From: the human T2T-CHM13v2.0 reference genome, Homo sapiens
Reading direction: 5' to 3'
Assembly: GCA_009914755.4 (NCBI GenBank)
Contig: CP086569.2
Span: 15,744,001-15,808,000, forward strand
Length of the DNA stretch: 64,000 bases
Shown in pieces: positions 14,966-33,845 of the stretch. How positions within the stretch are numbered: position 1 is the first letter of the stretch; the number at the start of each line of letters is the position of its first letter. The notes beneath the pieces are model-generated. The model worked only from the letters and a program-made list of their open reading frames with translations, ran no database searches and was not told the origin of the DNA. A program made the translations under genes and the position numbers.

Positions 14966-15144
14966 GCCTGAGATGTTAGTTGCGTGTGGGGATGTGGGGT
15001 GCACCTGTTACACTTCATTACTAATCAAAATCTGCATTTTTAGTGATTAGTCCCCAAGACAAATGGATTGTTAAAATGACATGAAGACAAGGAAGTTCTT
15101 TCTTCTTTTCTTGTAATAGCAAATCCAGTTAGAAACAATAGGTA

Positions 15145-15432
<288 letters not shown>

Positions 15433-16855
15433 AAAGCAACAACAGCAACAACACCATAAGGTAGCTTCTTCCACCCAAGTGATTTGGATTGGACCATACT
15501 GTTAATTTATTGGAATGTCAGCGACGTATCAGCAGCACTCTGAAAAGACAAGCACCCAACAGAAAGCCTAATGCACCTTGAGTTCTGAATAAACACCTCT
15601 TAAGTGCAAATGAAAAAGATGTGTATTTATTGCTCACCCACTGCAAAGATAGCAATATAAAAAGATCAATTGAAATTATAGTTTTAAAATGGGAAATATT
15701 TACGCAGAATGCCTATTTGTAGTATGCATTATCTGAATCTAAAACCAGCTGCTAGCCTCCCTACTTTGTAGAGTCTACAAACACCATGAGATCTGTAGTG
15801 TGCCCAGCTGGGTAAGGGTTAAAAATGCATCTCATAGCACCTGCTCAATGATCCTTTATTTAGAACTGAGCTAATGTGGGAAACTACTTTCCAGCCTAAA
15901 ACATGAAATATAAATGCAGTGTTTCTTGGTGGAATGGATGATGATATTAACAGCTGGTCTTTCCTAAGATGTGCCTCCTGAGGACTAAATGATAAGTCAT
16001 TTTCTGGAAGAACTGTAAATAAAGGCAGCATATTTGAGGTTATATATTTTTATTATGTAATTATATGTTGATAATAAAAATAAATAAGTAAAAGGAAAGT
16101 CTTTCTTTCTCAACATTGGGAATAAATCCATGCTCAACCTAGGAAGGGAAAGACTTGGAGTACTATGCCAAAGGGCTTTGTTACATTCACCAGTAAAGTG
16201 TGCATCTAAATAATAGCAAAACACCAAGAATCAGTTGGCTTGCGTTATTCTCCACTAGCAGTGGAAGCTCAAGTTACCCTACAGTAAGCCCCTAATCTCT
16301 ACATGCTTATCTGCTCACCAGGGAGAGTGTTTGGCCAGCTTGCACCACGGGGTCCAGTTAAACAGCCTCACCCTATACTTTGTGATATTTCTTTTGTGCC
16401 TTTTCTTTTTAATGAGAAATGGAGGCTCTCCCTGGAGACAAGGTAACGGATCACCGAAATCCACTTTCCTGGTCGATATCCAAGTTACTATCAAGGCCAT
16501 ATTGTGATGTGGATAGACAAAAATATTTCCATGAATTTTGTGAATTGTATTTTTTACTAGTTTGGTATGTAGAGAAAGATATCCTTCCATCTTTATTCTT
16601 TCTTTCTCCCTTCACACTTACTTCTTTACTATTTGTTCCTCTTCCTCATAAACATCCTAACAATCTCCCTGTGAAGATGAAGAGATAACATTGGGGAATA
16701 TATCATCATGCCAATTTTCTAAGTGTTTTATGAAACACAAAGTTACTGGAATTTTTTCAAGATTTTATCAGTAAGAAGTCTTAATATATATTCATGTATA
16801 ATAGTAAGTAAAATAGAAGGACATACAGTATTCTAGTCTTGTACTGACCACTATA

Positions 16856-16950
16856 TGCATGTGTGTGTGTGTGCACATGCATATGTGTGTGAAAAAACTC
16901 ATATACATGATACACAGATACATATTATATGCATGCATATCCAGGGTAGC
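16856..16950. repeat. (TG)n followed by AT/CA-rich simple repeat
   Basis: atgtgtgtgtgtgtgcacatgcatatgtgtgtg ... catatacatgatacacagatacatattatatgcatgcatat. Confidence 0.75.
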
Positions 16951-17189
16951 TGTGTTTATACACTTACGTACACTCAAAAATAATTGTAAATAAAGCTCTT
17001 TAGAGCATACAGACTTTTCTTTTGAAACAACAATTGCATATTTATTCTGACTGATGCTTGCAAATGCTACAAACAATATTTCAAAATGAACCTTTACTTT
17101 CCTTGGGATTTTTGGGATGATTTTTGATAAGCACAATCTTTTTCCTTTTTTAACTTTGAAAAATTAAACTTCTTATTTTATAATCCTTT

Positions 17190-17700
17190 AGGTTGACAGA
17201 AAAGTTGCAAAGGTAGTACAGGTTTTTCCCATATATGTTGCATCCAGATTCTCCTATATTGTAATTATATATTGACAAATAATACTCTATATATTTATGG
17301 AGTACTACTTGATGTGATATATGCTTTCAGTATGGACCCATTGAACAAAGCTAATTAACATATCCCTCACCCAAAAACGTATTATTTATCACTCCTGTTT
17401 AGCCAAAATTTTGTATCCTTGGATTATTACCACCCCATTCCTCTTATCCATGCCCCTGGAAAGCACCAATTTACTCTCTGTTTCTCTGAGCTGGGCTTTT
17501 TCATAGACGCTATATATGAGTGAGATCATGCAGTGTCCATCTTTCTGTGTCTGGCTTATCTCATTTAGCATAACATCCTGCATGTTGTCGCAAATGGCAG
17601 GATTTCCTTCTTTTTAAAGTTGGGATAGTATTCCATTATGTAGCTATACCATATTTCCTTTAGCCGTTCATCTGTTGATATTGTTCATTTCAAAGTAAAG
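17190..17700 (-). mobile_element. Fragment of an old LINE-1 (L1M/L1PB-like), ORF2 3' region, reverse orientation
   Basis: 17470-17700 reads gagtgagatcatgcagtgtccatctttctgtgtctggcttatctcatttagcataacatcctgcatgttgtcgcaaatggcaggatttccttctttttaaagttgggatagtattccattatgtagctataccatatttcctttagccgttcatctgttgat. This is the conserved antisense L1 segment (compare L1 antisense gagtgagaacatg...ggctgcatagtattccatggtgtatatgtgccacattttctt...catccgttgatggacatt). The left boundary is uncertain. Confidence 0.65.
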
Positions 17701-17889
17701 TAAGCCTACACTAATTAGGAAAAACGACACTTGGGATGTGTGATGAATCTTTTAATATTAGCATCTTATTGACATATCTATTGACATGAATGATGGCATT
17801 CTGCTTCTATCGAAGACATTAGTTCACACCTATGTAGCAAACCCTACATGTTCATGTTATTCTCCAATCCTCATAAGAGCCATTACTTC

Positions 17890-18200
17890 TGAATGTAAAA
17901 AATATATAAAAAATATATATACTATATGTATACATAGTAAGAGTATATATAATATACAAATATATATACTATATAAATATATGTGCCATGTAAGTATATA
18001 TGTGTATTTTATAGCATTATATAAACATATATACTATATAGTATCTAAATATATTATATATACTATATACAGTATCTAAATATACTATATATAATCTGTA
18101 CATAGTGCTTAAATACTGTGTATGTGTGTGCATATAGTATATTATCTATATATTGTATAGTATATATATATAATATGTATATATAAAATTATGGTCAATT
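17890..18200. repeat. AT-rich (TATATAC / TATAGTA)n-like low-complexity block
   Basis: aaaaatatataaaaaatatatatactatatgtatacatagtaagagtatatataatatacaaatatatatactatataaatatatgtgcc... Confidence 0.8.
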
Positions 18201-18683
18201 TGCCACAATCCAGTTACACTTACATCTATACTGTCTCTTGAAAGATAAACCAATGGACAACTTCCACTTTCTACTTTAGATACTGTTTTTATTGCCTAAG
18301 ATTTTACACACACATGCACACTCTCAGGAATACATTATGTATGGCTAAGGATGTGTGTAAAACAAATGATATAAATGTATAGTATGTGGTTCACACACAC
18401 AAACGCAATACATGCATCCTTGTATGTGTGTATCTATACATAACCATAATCTTGCAAATGACATAAACTGAATATGCTGCTAAGATTAATTGTGCTAAAA
18501 TCTGCCTCTATAATAGAAAATTTTTCTGCCATAAAGAAAACAAAACAATGTTTTAATGAGTGGTCCCTGAGGTATACACAATAGGTAACAGAGCATACAG
18601 TTTCTAAGAGTTTTATGAAACACAGTTACTGGATTTTTTCCCAATTTTCTTGATCAGTAGGAAGCATTTAGATATATTCACTA

Positions 18684-18866
<183 letters not shown>

Positions 18867-20042
18867 TCATTTTATTATATGTTTGTTTTCCTAAGCCATT
18901 AAAGATGCTTTAAATGAAGTGTATAAGTAGCCTTTGAAAAATGTGTCAATATAAGCAAAGTACACAATGAGTCCCTCATCCATTCACTTCTTTTATTGGG
19001 AGACAACATTTTGTGATAGGTGAGAAAAGTTCACATCTGAAGCCAGCCTGATATAAATTCCAAGCTCCCCCTTACCAGCTGTTTAAACATTAATAAATGA
19101 TTTACTTTCTTCCTCTTTTCCCTCACAGGGCTTTAGGATTAGAATATCACTAATACATGAATCTCAGGACTTAAAACTAAACATTTAAAAAGAATATCAT
19201 TAATATCATACACCTGATATGAATACTATAAATAGATTTTGGTATCCCTATTTATCTACCACATATCTATTCATATCATCGGAAAGAAGTATTGCAGGAG
19301 ATTAAAAAAACAAATCAAATAACAGAAAAAAATAACAAATAAAATAACGCAACCATGTTCCATGAAGCAACGTGAGTGTCCAAGTAGATAGAGCTATCCA
19401 CTCTGCATCAAGAGAGGCAGCAAGAATTTCAGGTGGAAATGGGGAAGGCTGAATGAATAGTGGAGGGTGTGAGTAGGGAGTGTGTTGAAATAAGAAATGA
19501 CAACCCAAGTGTCAAGACTTCTCATTCACCTTCTGAAAGCCCAGTTAAGGCTCTTCTCACTGTCATGCATAAGTGAGTTGAGCTGCATGGCAGATGAACT
19601 TACTTTCAAGACAAAGAGTCTATAGTTTTGAAAAATTCCTTCCAGGTCCATGAATGTTTCTTTCCCATTCCATTTCCTAGAGGAAACAGAGGCACCAACC
19701 CAACCAGGATTTTACCATCAATCAGCAGGGAAATAGAATATTTGACACCAGTATATGAATACAAATTTTGTTAATATCCTTGGATTCATAGAAGGTCCTC
19801 TGGGAGGAAGGGAGATGAGAAATTCCAAAATATTTCATTGGAAATTTTCAGCATCTCAAACTAGCAATTTCTACTGTGTTGTACATACATTAGAGAATGA
19901 TTATATTTAGTGCTCATAAAACTGATCCTAGGAAAACATGATAATCATTTCAAAATGATGGGAAGAGGCATACACAAATATATTAGTTTCAACTTCAGCT
20001 CTTTATATTGCATGGGAGACCTCGAATTGGAACATGTTTGGG

Positions 20043-20095
20043 TTTTTTGCTTGTTTGTTTTTCTTTTTTTCTTCTTCTTTTTCTTTTTTTTTTTC
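20043..20095. repeat. T-rich (TTTC/TTCT)n simple repeat
   Basis: ttttttgcttgtttgtttttctttttttcttcttctttttctttttttttttc. Confidence 0.8.
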
Positions 20096-20827
20096 AAAGA
20101 ATGTGTTTTATTTTATTTTTAAAATTTCAATAGATTCAAAGAAAGAAAACAATTTGTGTTTTCTTTCAAGATTTGTGTCCCTGTCCAAATCTTGTATCCA
20201 GTTGGAGGAGAGGCCTAGTGGAAGATGATTGGATTGTGGGTAGATTTCACTCTTGTTGCTCTCATGATAGTGAGTGAGTTCTTATGGGATCCAATGGTTC
20301 AAAAGGGTGTGGCACTTCAAAATTCACTCTCTCTTTCCTGCCACTGTAGGAAGAAGATGCTTGCTCCCCCTTCACCTCCTGGCGTGATTGTAAGTTTCCT
20401 GAGTCCTCCTAGACATGATTCCTGTTATGCCTGAAGAACTCTGAGTCAATTAAACCTCTTTTTTTAATACATTACTCAGTCTCAGGTAGTTCTTAAAGCA
20501 GTGTGAAAATAACTAATACAGAAAACCACTCAATTCCCCTTCAGGCTAGGACTTTAAGCTTGTCTCTTGTCTCTGGAGCAAGAACTGCCCCTGAAATTCC
20601 AACTCTGTGATTCCGATCATTGTAGATAATCCCATTCCTGTCCCAACAATTATTGAATGTAGTAACTCCTAATTCTTTTTGAGAATCATGGACTTGGTCA
20701 TTGCTGCATTCCATATATTTCTTTACTTTATCTCCCTTTTAGAAGTAAAGATGTTACAGTGGTGATGGTGGAGATAGTGGTGGTGGTAATAGTGAAAAGA
20801 AGAGATAATGGAAACAGAAAATTGCCA

Positions 20828-21125
20828 TGGCTGGGCATGGAGGCTCACACCAGTAATCCCAACAGTTTGGTAGACCAAAACAGGATGATCACTTGAGCCC
20901 AGGAGTTCAAGAACTTCCTGGGCAATATAGCAAGACCTTATCTCTACAAACAATTTTTAAAAGTAGCCAAGGATGGCTACGCACACCTGTAGCCCAGCCA
21001 CTTGGGAGGCTGAGACAGAAAGATTTCTTGAGCCCAGGACTTGGAGGCTACAGTGAGCTATGATCATCCTACTCTACTCCAGCCTGGCTGACAGAGCAAG
21101 AAGGTTTCAATAACAACAATGAAAA
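20828..21125 (+). mobile_element. Alu (old AluJ-like, many CpG lost)
   Basis: ggctgggcatggaggctcacaccagtaatcccaacagtttggtagaccaaaacaggatgatcacttgagcccaggagttcaagaac ... agccacttgggaggctgagacagaaagatttcttgagcccaggacttggaggctacagtgagctatgatcatcctactctactccagcctggctgacagagcaag. Confidence 0.9.
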
Positions 21126-21744
21126 TAGAAAAGTAAAGAGAAAAATCACCATAAAAACCCTACTCTATTAACTACAGTCACCATCTATTGGTGGTTGACA
21201 AAATTATTGGGTGAAACTTGGAGAAAAAATATTAATAAAATACTGATTACTTAAAAAATATATATCTGAAGAGAGCTTTTAGTTACAAAAGTGGGCTTAG
21301 ATTTCAAAAATGACTTTCACAAAATATACTTTAAGTCATGGATATCTAAAAATCACAAATAGTCAAGAAAATTTTCTAAGAACTTTACTGACTTTGAAAG
21401 TGGTTATTGGAAGTCATAGCTTTGCAATGTGGAGATTCAATGGCACGATTGTGAGAACTTCAAAACCAATAATATGCTTTGCAAGTATTTGTACTGAATC
21501 AAAGATTCAAGGGCAATTTCAAATGATATATTTGTCACAAACCAGACATACAGGGTAGAAATTGTTTCAAAATACGTAATAGCTTGTTAAAGGTACTATT
21601 ACTGATACCAAGGAAAATGAAGTTTTCTACTTTTTAAACAGAGATTGGAAATATAGAAAATAATGCAAAGTAAAGCAGACAAAAAATATTCACACTTCCT
21701 TATAAGTGAATGATAAATCATATGTACCAATTGCCCACTTTTTG

Positions 21745-23690
21745 GTCTGGCTTGGCGGGGCCTCATCCCCTTGGAGCCCAGCAAGCAAATATCCACTGGC
21801 TTTAAATACTTGTTGCCAGCACACCAGCCTGAACTCAACCTGAGACTCATGAGCTTGGTTGGGGGAGAGGCATCAGCCATTGGTGAGGCTTGAGTAGGCA
21901 GTTTTACCCTCACAGTGTAAACAAAGCCTCAGGGAAGTTCAAACTGTGGGGAGCCCATCACAGCTAAGTGAAGCCACTGCAGTGAGACTGCTTCTCTAGA
22001 TTTCTGCTCTCTGGGCAGGGCATCTCAGAAAATATGGCTGCAGCCCCATTCTGGAACTTATAGATAAAACCCCCATCTCCCTGGAACCGAACACCTGGGA
22101 GAAGGGGTGGTTGTGGATGCAGCTTCAGCAAACTTAAAATGTCCCTGCCTGACAGCCCTGAAGAGAGCACTGGATCTCCCTGCACAGTGCTCAAGCTCTG
22201 CTAAGGGACAGACTGCCTCCTCAACTGGATCCCTGACCCTCGTGTATAGAGACTGGGAGACACCTCCCAGTAGGGGCTGACAGACACCTCACACAGCAGA
22301 GATCTGGCTAGCATCTGGTGAGTGCCTTGCTGGGACAAAACTTCCAGAGGAAGGAACAAGCAGCAATCTTTGCTGTTCTGTAGCCTCCACAAGTGATACC
22401 CAGGAAAAGAGGGTCTGGAGTAAACCTCCAGCAAATGCCAGCAGACCTGCAGCAGACAGGCCAGACTGGTAGAAGGAAAACAAACAAACAGAAAATAATA
22501 TCATCAATATCAACAAAAAGGATGCTCACACAAAAACCCCATCTGAAAGTCACCAACATCAAAAACCAAAGGTAGAAAAATTCATGCAGATGATGAAAAA
22601 TCAGTGCAAAAAGCCGGAAAATTCCAAAACAAGAATGCCTCTTCTCCTCCAAAGGATCACAAAAAGCTAGAAGATACTGGTGGCCAATATTCATCATTCT
22701 TAAATAAAATAATTTTTGACTCAGAATTTCATATCCAGCCAAACTAAGCTTCATAAGCAAAGGAGAAATAAAATCTTTTACAGAAAAGCAAATGCTGAGA
22801 GATTTTGTCACCCCAGACCTGCCTTACAAGAGCTCCTGAAGGAAACACTAAATATGGAAAGTAACAACTAGTATCAGCCACTGCAAAACTTACCAAATTG
22901 TAAAGATCATCCACACTATGAAGACACTGCAATGGGCAAAATAAGCAGCTAGTATCATAATGACAGGATCAAAATCACACATAACAATATGAACCTTAAA
23001 TGTAAACAGGCTAAATGCCCCAGTTAGAAGACACAGGATGACAAATTCAAAAGTGTCAAGACCATCAGTGTGCTGTATTTAGGAGACCCATCTCATGAGT
23101 AAAGACACATAAAAAGGCTAAAAATAAAGGGATGGAGGAATATTTACCAAGCAAATAGAAAGCAAAAAAAACAGGAGTTGCAAACCTAGTCCCTGATAAA
23201 ACAGACTTTAAACCAACAAAGTTCAAATGAGACAAATAGGGGCATTACATAACAGTAAAGGGACCAATGCAACAAGAAGAGCTAACTATCCAAAATATAT
23301 ATGAACCCAATTACAGGAGCACCCAGATTTGCAAAGCAAGTTCTTAGAGACCTTAAAAGTGACTTAGACTCCTACACAATAATAGTGGGAGACTTTAATA
23401 TCCCACTGTCAATATTAGAGAGATCAATAAGAGAGAAGATTAACAAGGATATCCAGAACTGGAACTCAGCTCTGGGTCAAGCGGACCTAGTAGACATCTA
23501 TAGAACTCTCCACCTGAAATCAACAGAATATACATTCTTCTCAGAACCACATTGAACTTATTCTAAAATGGACCACATATTTAGAAGTAAAAGACTTCTT
23601 AGCAAATGCAAAGGCAGCAGAAAACATAACAAGCAGTTTCCCAGACCACGGTGCAATCAAATTAGAACTCAGAATTAAGAAACTCAAAAC
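21745..23690 (+). mobile_element. Old LINE-1 (older L1PA/L1PB-type), segment A: diverged 5' UTR, ORF1 almost entirely deleted, ORF2 endonuclease region. Cut at 23690 by the younger L1 insertion.
   Basis: 5' UTR-like ...ctgaactcaacctgagactcatgagcttggttgggggagaggcatcagccattggtgaggcttgagtaggcag.... ORF2 EN start ...ataatgacaggatcaaaatcacacataacaatatgaaccttaaatgtaaacaggctaaatgccccagttagaagacacagg... through ...ttcccagaccacggtgcaatcaaattagaactcagaattaagaaactcaaaac. ORF track 23301-23555 reads MNPITGAPRFAKQVLRDLKSDLDSYTIIVGDFNIPLS (EN domain). Confidence 0.85.
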
Positions 23691-29630
<5,940 letters not shown>

Positions 29631-31085
29631 CTGGAGACAAATAACAAGTTCTGAAATTGAGGCAGTAATTAATAGCCTACAGAAAAAAAAAAAAAATCTA
29701 GGACTGGATGGATTCACTTTAGAATTCTACCAGAGGTACAAATAGTAGTTGGTACCATTCTTTCTGAAACTATTCCAAACAATAGAAAAAGAGGGACCCT
29801 ACCTAACTCATTTTATGAGTCCAGCATCATCCTGATACTAAAAACTGGAAAAGACAAAACAAAAAAAGAAAATTTCAGGCCAATATCACTGGTGAACATT
29901 GACGTGAAAATCATCAATAAAATACTGGCAAACCAAATCCAGTAGCTTGTCAAAAAGATTATCCAACACTGTCAGTTCAGCTTCATCTCAGGAATGCAAG
30001 GCTGGTTCAATATACACAAATCAATAAACATAATCCACCACATAAACAGAACCAATGACAAAAAACACATAATTATCTCAACAGATGCAGAAAAGGCCTT
30101 TGACAAAGTTCAACATCCCTTCATGCTAAAAACTCTCAATAAACTAGGTTTTTATGGTATGTATCTGAAAATAATAAGAGCCATTTATGACAAACCCATA
30201 GCAAATATCATACTTAATTGGCAAAAACTGGAAACAATTACTTTGAAAAACAGCACAAGAAAAGAAAGCCCTCTCTCACCACTGCTATTCAACGTAGTAT
30301 AGGAATTTCTGGCCAGGACAACGAGGTAAGAGAGAGAAATGAAGAGTATTCAATTAAGAAAATAAAAAGTCAAATTGTCTCTGTTTGCAGATGACATGAT
30401 TGTATATGTAGAAATCCTCATTATCTCAGCCCAAAGTCTCCTTAAGCTGACAAGCAAGTCTCAGGATACAAAATCAATGTGAAAAAATCACAAGCATTCC
30501 TATACACTAATAACAGATAATCAGAAAGCCAAATCATGAGTCAGCTCCCATTCACTATTGCTATAAAGGAATAAAATATCTAGGAATACAACTCACAAGG
30601 GATGTGAAGGACTTCTTCAAGGAGAACTACAAACCACTGCTCAAGGAATTAAGAGAGGACAAAAACAAATGGAAAAACATTACATGCTCATGGATAGGAA
30701 GAATCAAATCATGAAAATGGCCATACTGCCCAAAGTAATTTATAGATCCAATGCTATCACCATCAAGCAACCATGACTTTCTTCACAGAATTAGAAAAAA
30801 CTATTGTAAACTTCACAGGGAACCAAAAAAGAGCCCACCTAGCCAAGAATACCCTAAGCAAAAAGAACAAAGCTGGAGGTATCAAGCTACCTGACTTCAA
30901 ACTATACTACAAAGCTACAGTAACGAAAACAGCAAGGTACTTGTACCAAAACAGATATATAGACCAAAGGAACAGAACAGAGTTCTCAGAAATAATACCA
31001 CACATCTACAGCCATCTGATCTTTGACAAACTTGACAAAAATAAGGAATGGAGAAAGGATTCCTTATTTAATAAATGGTGTTGAA
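29631..31085 (+). mobile_element. Old LINE-1 segment B (ORF2 RT region), continuation of segment A after the younger L1. Cut at 31085 by the ERV insertion.
   Basis: ...gacaaataacaagttctgaaattgaggcagtaattaatagcctac ... ggctggttcaatatacacaaatcaataaacataatccaccacataaacagaaccaatgac ... ggattccttatttaataaatggtg|. About 650 bp of L1 is missing between the end of segment A and the start of segment B. Confidence 0.85.
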
Positions 31086-31591
31086 TGCCAAGTTTGTACT
31101 GCAGATTCTGGCCAAGAAACAGATGAAAGAAGTAAGCAGATTCAGGTATTTTGCCTGACAGAGCAGCTAAGGGACTGCATGGCTTAGCACAGCTGATGAG
31201 AGTGCAGCTGCAGCAGCCTCAGTAAGCCAAAGATGCTCACATTTATTTTTGTGTAGATCTGGGGACAAAGGCCTGGAGCCAATGCAATTTGTAATTAACA
31301 TGGTTGACCCCCCAAGTAGAGGGCAGTCCTGTGCACGAATGATCAAAGGTTGGTTTCTGGAGACATAAGTAAATCAATTTATCTGATAAGTTCCTTTACA
31401 TTCCCTTGTTAACTACCCTTTACCCTAAAGAGAATTTAGCTGTCATCAGCTAAATTTAACTCCAGAATTTAGCTTCTGTCATCAGCTAAATTCTCTTCTG
31501 AGGTTTTTCAAAACCTCCTGGCCTTCCAAGAAGGTTTGTGTCTTTCCCTATTAACGTTTATAAATTTTCCAACCACTCTGATCAATCTACA
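31086..31591 (-). repeat. ERV 3' LTR (506 bp)
   Basis: About 80-85% identical to the 37022-37518 copy by eye. It contains the palindrome gaatttagctgtcatcagctaaattc twice (31432-31493), against once in the 5' LTR. Confidence 0.85.
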
Positions 31592-31620
31592 TCTCCCCTT
31601 TTTTTGTGTTTTTTTTTTGC
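31592..31620 (-). other. ERV polypurine tract (shown as its reverse complement on the + strand)
   Basis: + strand tctcccctttttttgtgttttttttttgc, which on the proviral sense strand is GCAAAAAAAAAACACAAAAAAAGGGGAGA immediately 5' of the 3' LTR start TGTAG... Confidence 0.75.
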
Positions 31621-32337
31621 ATCAGATTTTGTTGTTTGGAGAGTACAGATGTGTGCAGCAACAGGTTTGTCAGGTGCAGCAGTTATAATTCATATTCTGG
31701 CTTTGAATCCTGGAATTAGTAAATAACATAAGGAAAACATGAGTATAATCAGTAATATTCTTTTCTAATCAAAGAGTGACCCCCCAGGAGTGGCGTTCTA
31801 TCCAGAAGAGATGTTCTTGCACATCCTTCCATATGGCTGTTTGTTGGGTGTATAGATGTACAGCATTTAGAGACTCTAGAATTTTAGTTTTAAGTTTCTT
31901 TACATCTGTGGTTAAATTATAATGTAGGGCTCCCCAGAGGTGTTGTTTTACCTCATCCTAACTATGTATTGATTGATTCTAAGATAGAGAGGTGACACAG
32001 ATATGTTTATGACACCTGTCACAGTTTAATTGCTGTTGGAATGTCAGTGCATCTTTCCAATCCTCTACATATTCCAAGGCAGCCTCAAGGGCTTGCAGTC
32101 ATGCAAGCATCTTTTGATCTATATCCTGCTGTAAGAGAAGCTCATTAGACATATTTATGTCTAAGTTATATATAAAGGTAGCTGTTTGTACTGATTCAGT
32201 AATAGAGGTCACAGCAACACTAGCAGTTGCCAAGAGACTATGGCTGAGACTCTAAAGACTATAAGTGTGCCTATGAATCTTTTGGGTTTTGCTTGGAACA
32301 GGGCACGTTCTCAGGTGGCAAGGGCAGAGGGACCTTA

Positions 32338-33486
32338 CTAATCATGTGTCAAATTGACTGATAGAAATGCCTCAGCTTGCCTCCTTAATACCATGACACT
32401 AGTAATATTTAAATTAGATATATTATAATTAGTGATACCTGAGGTGAACCAAGCCTGTCCTTGCATTTGGGTCACAAACGTGTAGTTTTGGGGTGTAATG
32501 GATATATTTTTCTCATAAAGAAAATATATGGATAGGTAGTGTAAATCAGGCACTGATCTTGTGATTATGAATAAAGGTCATAGTATAATTGTTACTGAAA
32601 TTACAATATATCCTATGTCAGGTGTTAAGGGAGATGCTAAGATGTCCCAGGCACTGTAGGGTATCTTGGGATATCACATCCCTGCATTGGCCCAAATCAT
32701 AGGGGAATAGGACATGGCTAAAAAACTGTGATTGATGCCATCAGGGATTTGGACATCAGTATGGTCGCCCTGCAAATGGCCTTGGGGGCTCCAGTCTAAG
32801 ACATTATAATTGTCTAACTGGAGGCTACAAGCTAGTCCCCCATGACAGACCTCCAAGCCAAAGTGGAATCCATTACTTTGTTCTTTAGTACAGGAGGAAA
32901 TGTTGGGGAAAGTGGCATTAGTTGTATATCCAGTTTGAGGCTACCTGCAACCAAGAATGTTAAGGCATTTCCTTTGCCATAACGTAGCTGTAATTGTGTT
33001 TGGGCAGGTACTCAGTAAGGGTTAGAACTTTTATAACTTATACTTAGTGGGAGGATGGTGGAGTGATAGGTAGTGTTACCTGGCACCTTAGTCCAAATTG
33101 TGTCATTAATGAGGGACCCCACTGGGAGTAAGCCAATCCAATCCCTCCTAGGCAAGCAGTTACATTATTAGAGGATGAGAGGGTGTGTCTGCTCAAGTAA
33201 TAGGGAAGATGAAAGGCGGATCTAAGAGCTAAGCCCAATACAGTGTAGCAGTTACGGGTTGCAGACAAAGTGAGAGCATAAAAAAGGATAAAAACCCTAC
33301 ACGAGTTGCAATGTACAATAGAAAGCATAGAAAGGAATAAATTACATGAAGTGAATGTTGTCTGTATCCAGAGCAGGATTCGCTCAGTCTTCTGAGTTGT
33401 CTTTTCAGCATCCCCCAGTTAATGTCTGGGGCTTGTGTCATCTGAGGAAACCACGTCGTCCAGGGCTGCAGGTCCTGCAGGGTCAT
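32338..33486 (-). pseudogene. ERV env remnant (SU/TM), disrupted
   Basis: Minus-strand ORF fragments at 32338-32553 (N-glycosylation-rich: NISITPQNYTF...NYNISNLNITS), 33044-33328 and 33229-33486 (hydrophobic TM-like ...LCFLLYIATRVGFLSFFMLSLCLQP). Their position between pol and the 3' LTR fits env. Confidence 0.55.
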
Positions 33487-33845
33487 TTTCTTCCTTTCTG
33501 TTACTGAGCTGGGTTATAGCCACTCCATGGTATGCTTTGATGCATTGTGCTGGAATCCAAAAAGGACCTGAGGGGGTGTGAACATAAGCTTATCCTCTTC
33601 TCAAAGTTAGTAAATCATTTAGACCACACCATGCATTACTATTTACATCTTTCCATAAAACTGCATGTTTTAGGTCTTGAGAGGTTTTAACAAAGTGTTT
33701 TTCTATAGTTGACTGAAATTTATTATTTAAATTTAAGAAACCAAGGGTAAATAATGCTTATGCTAATAGTGTTGCAGGGTCCTTACTCATATTCTCTCAT
33801 TTTTGTTTTTGAGCATATTTTTAAGAGAGGAATGGACATGTTCTA

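Noticed and set aside
22308-22811. 167-aa minus-strand ORF in the 5' UTR/ORF1-deleted region of the old L1 (briefly considered as a primate L1 antisense ORF0-like product)
   Set aside because: The old L1 5' UTR here is highly diverged and ORF1 is deleted. The ORF uses a non-ATG start in the track and has no similarity to known ORF0 peptide features, so it is most likely a chance frame.
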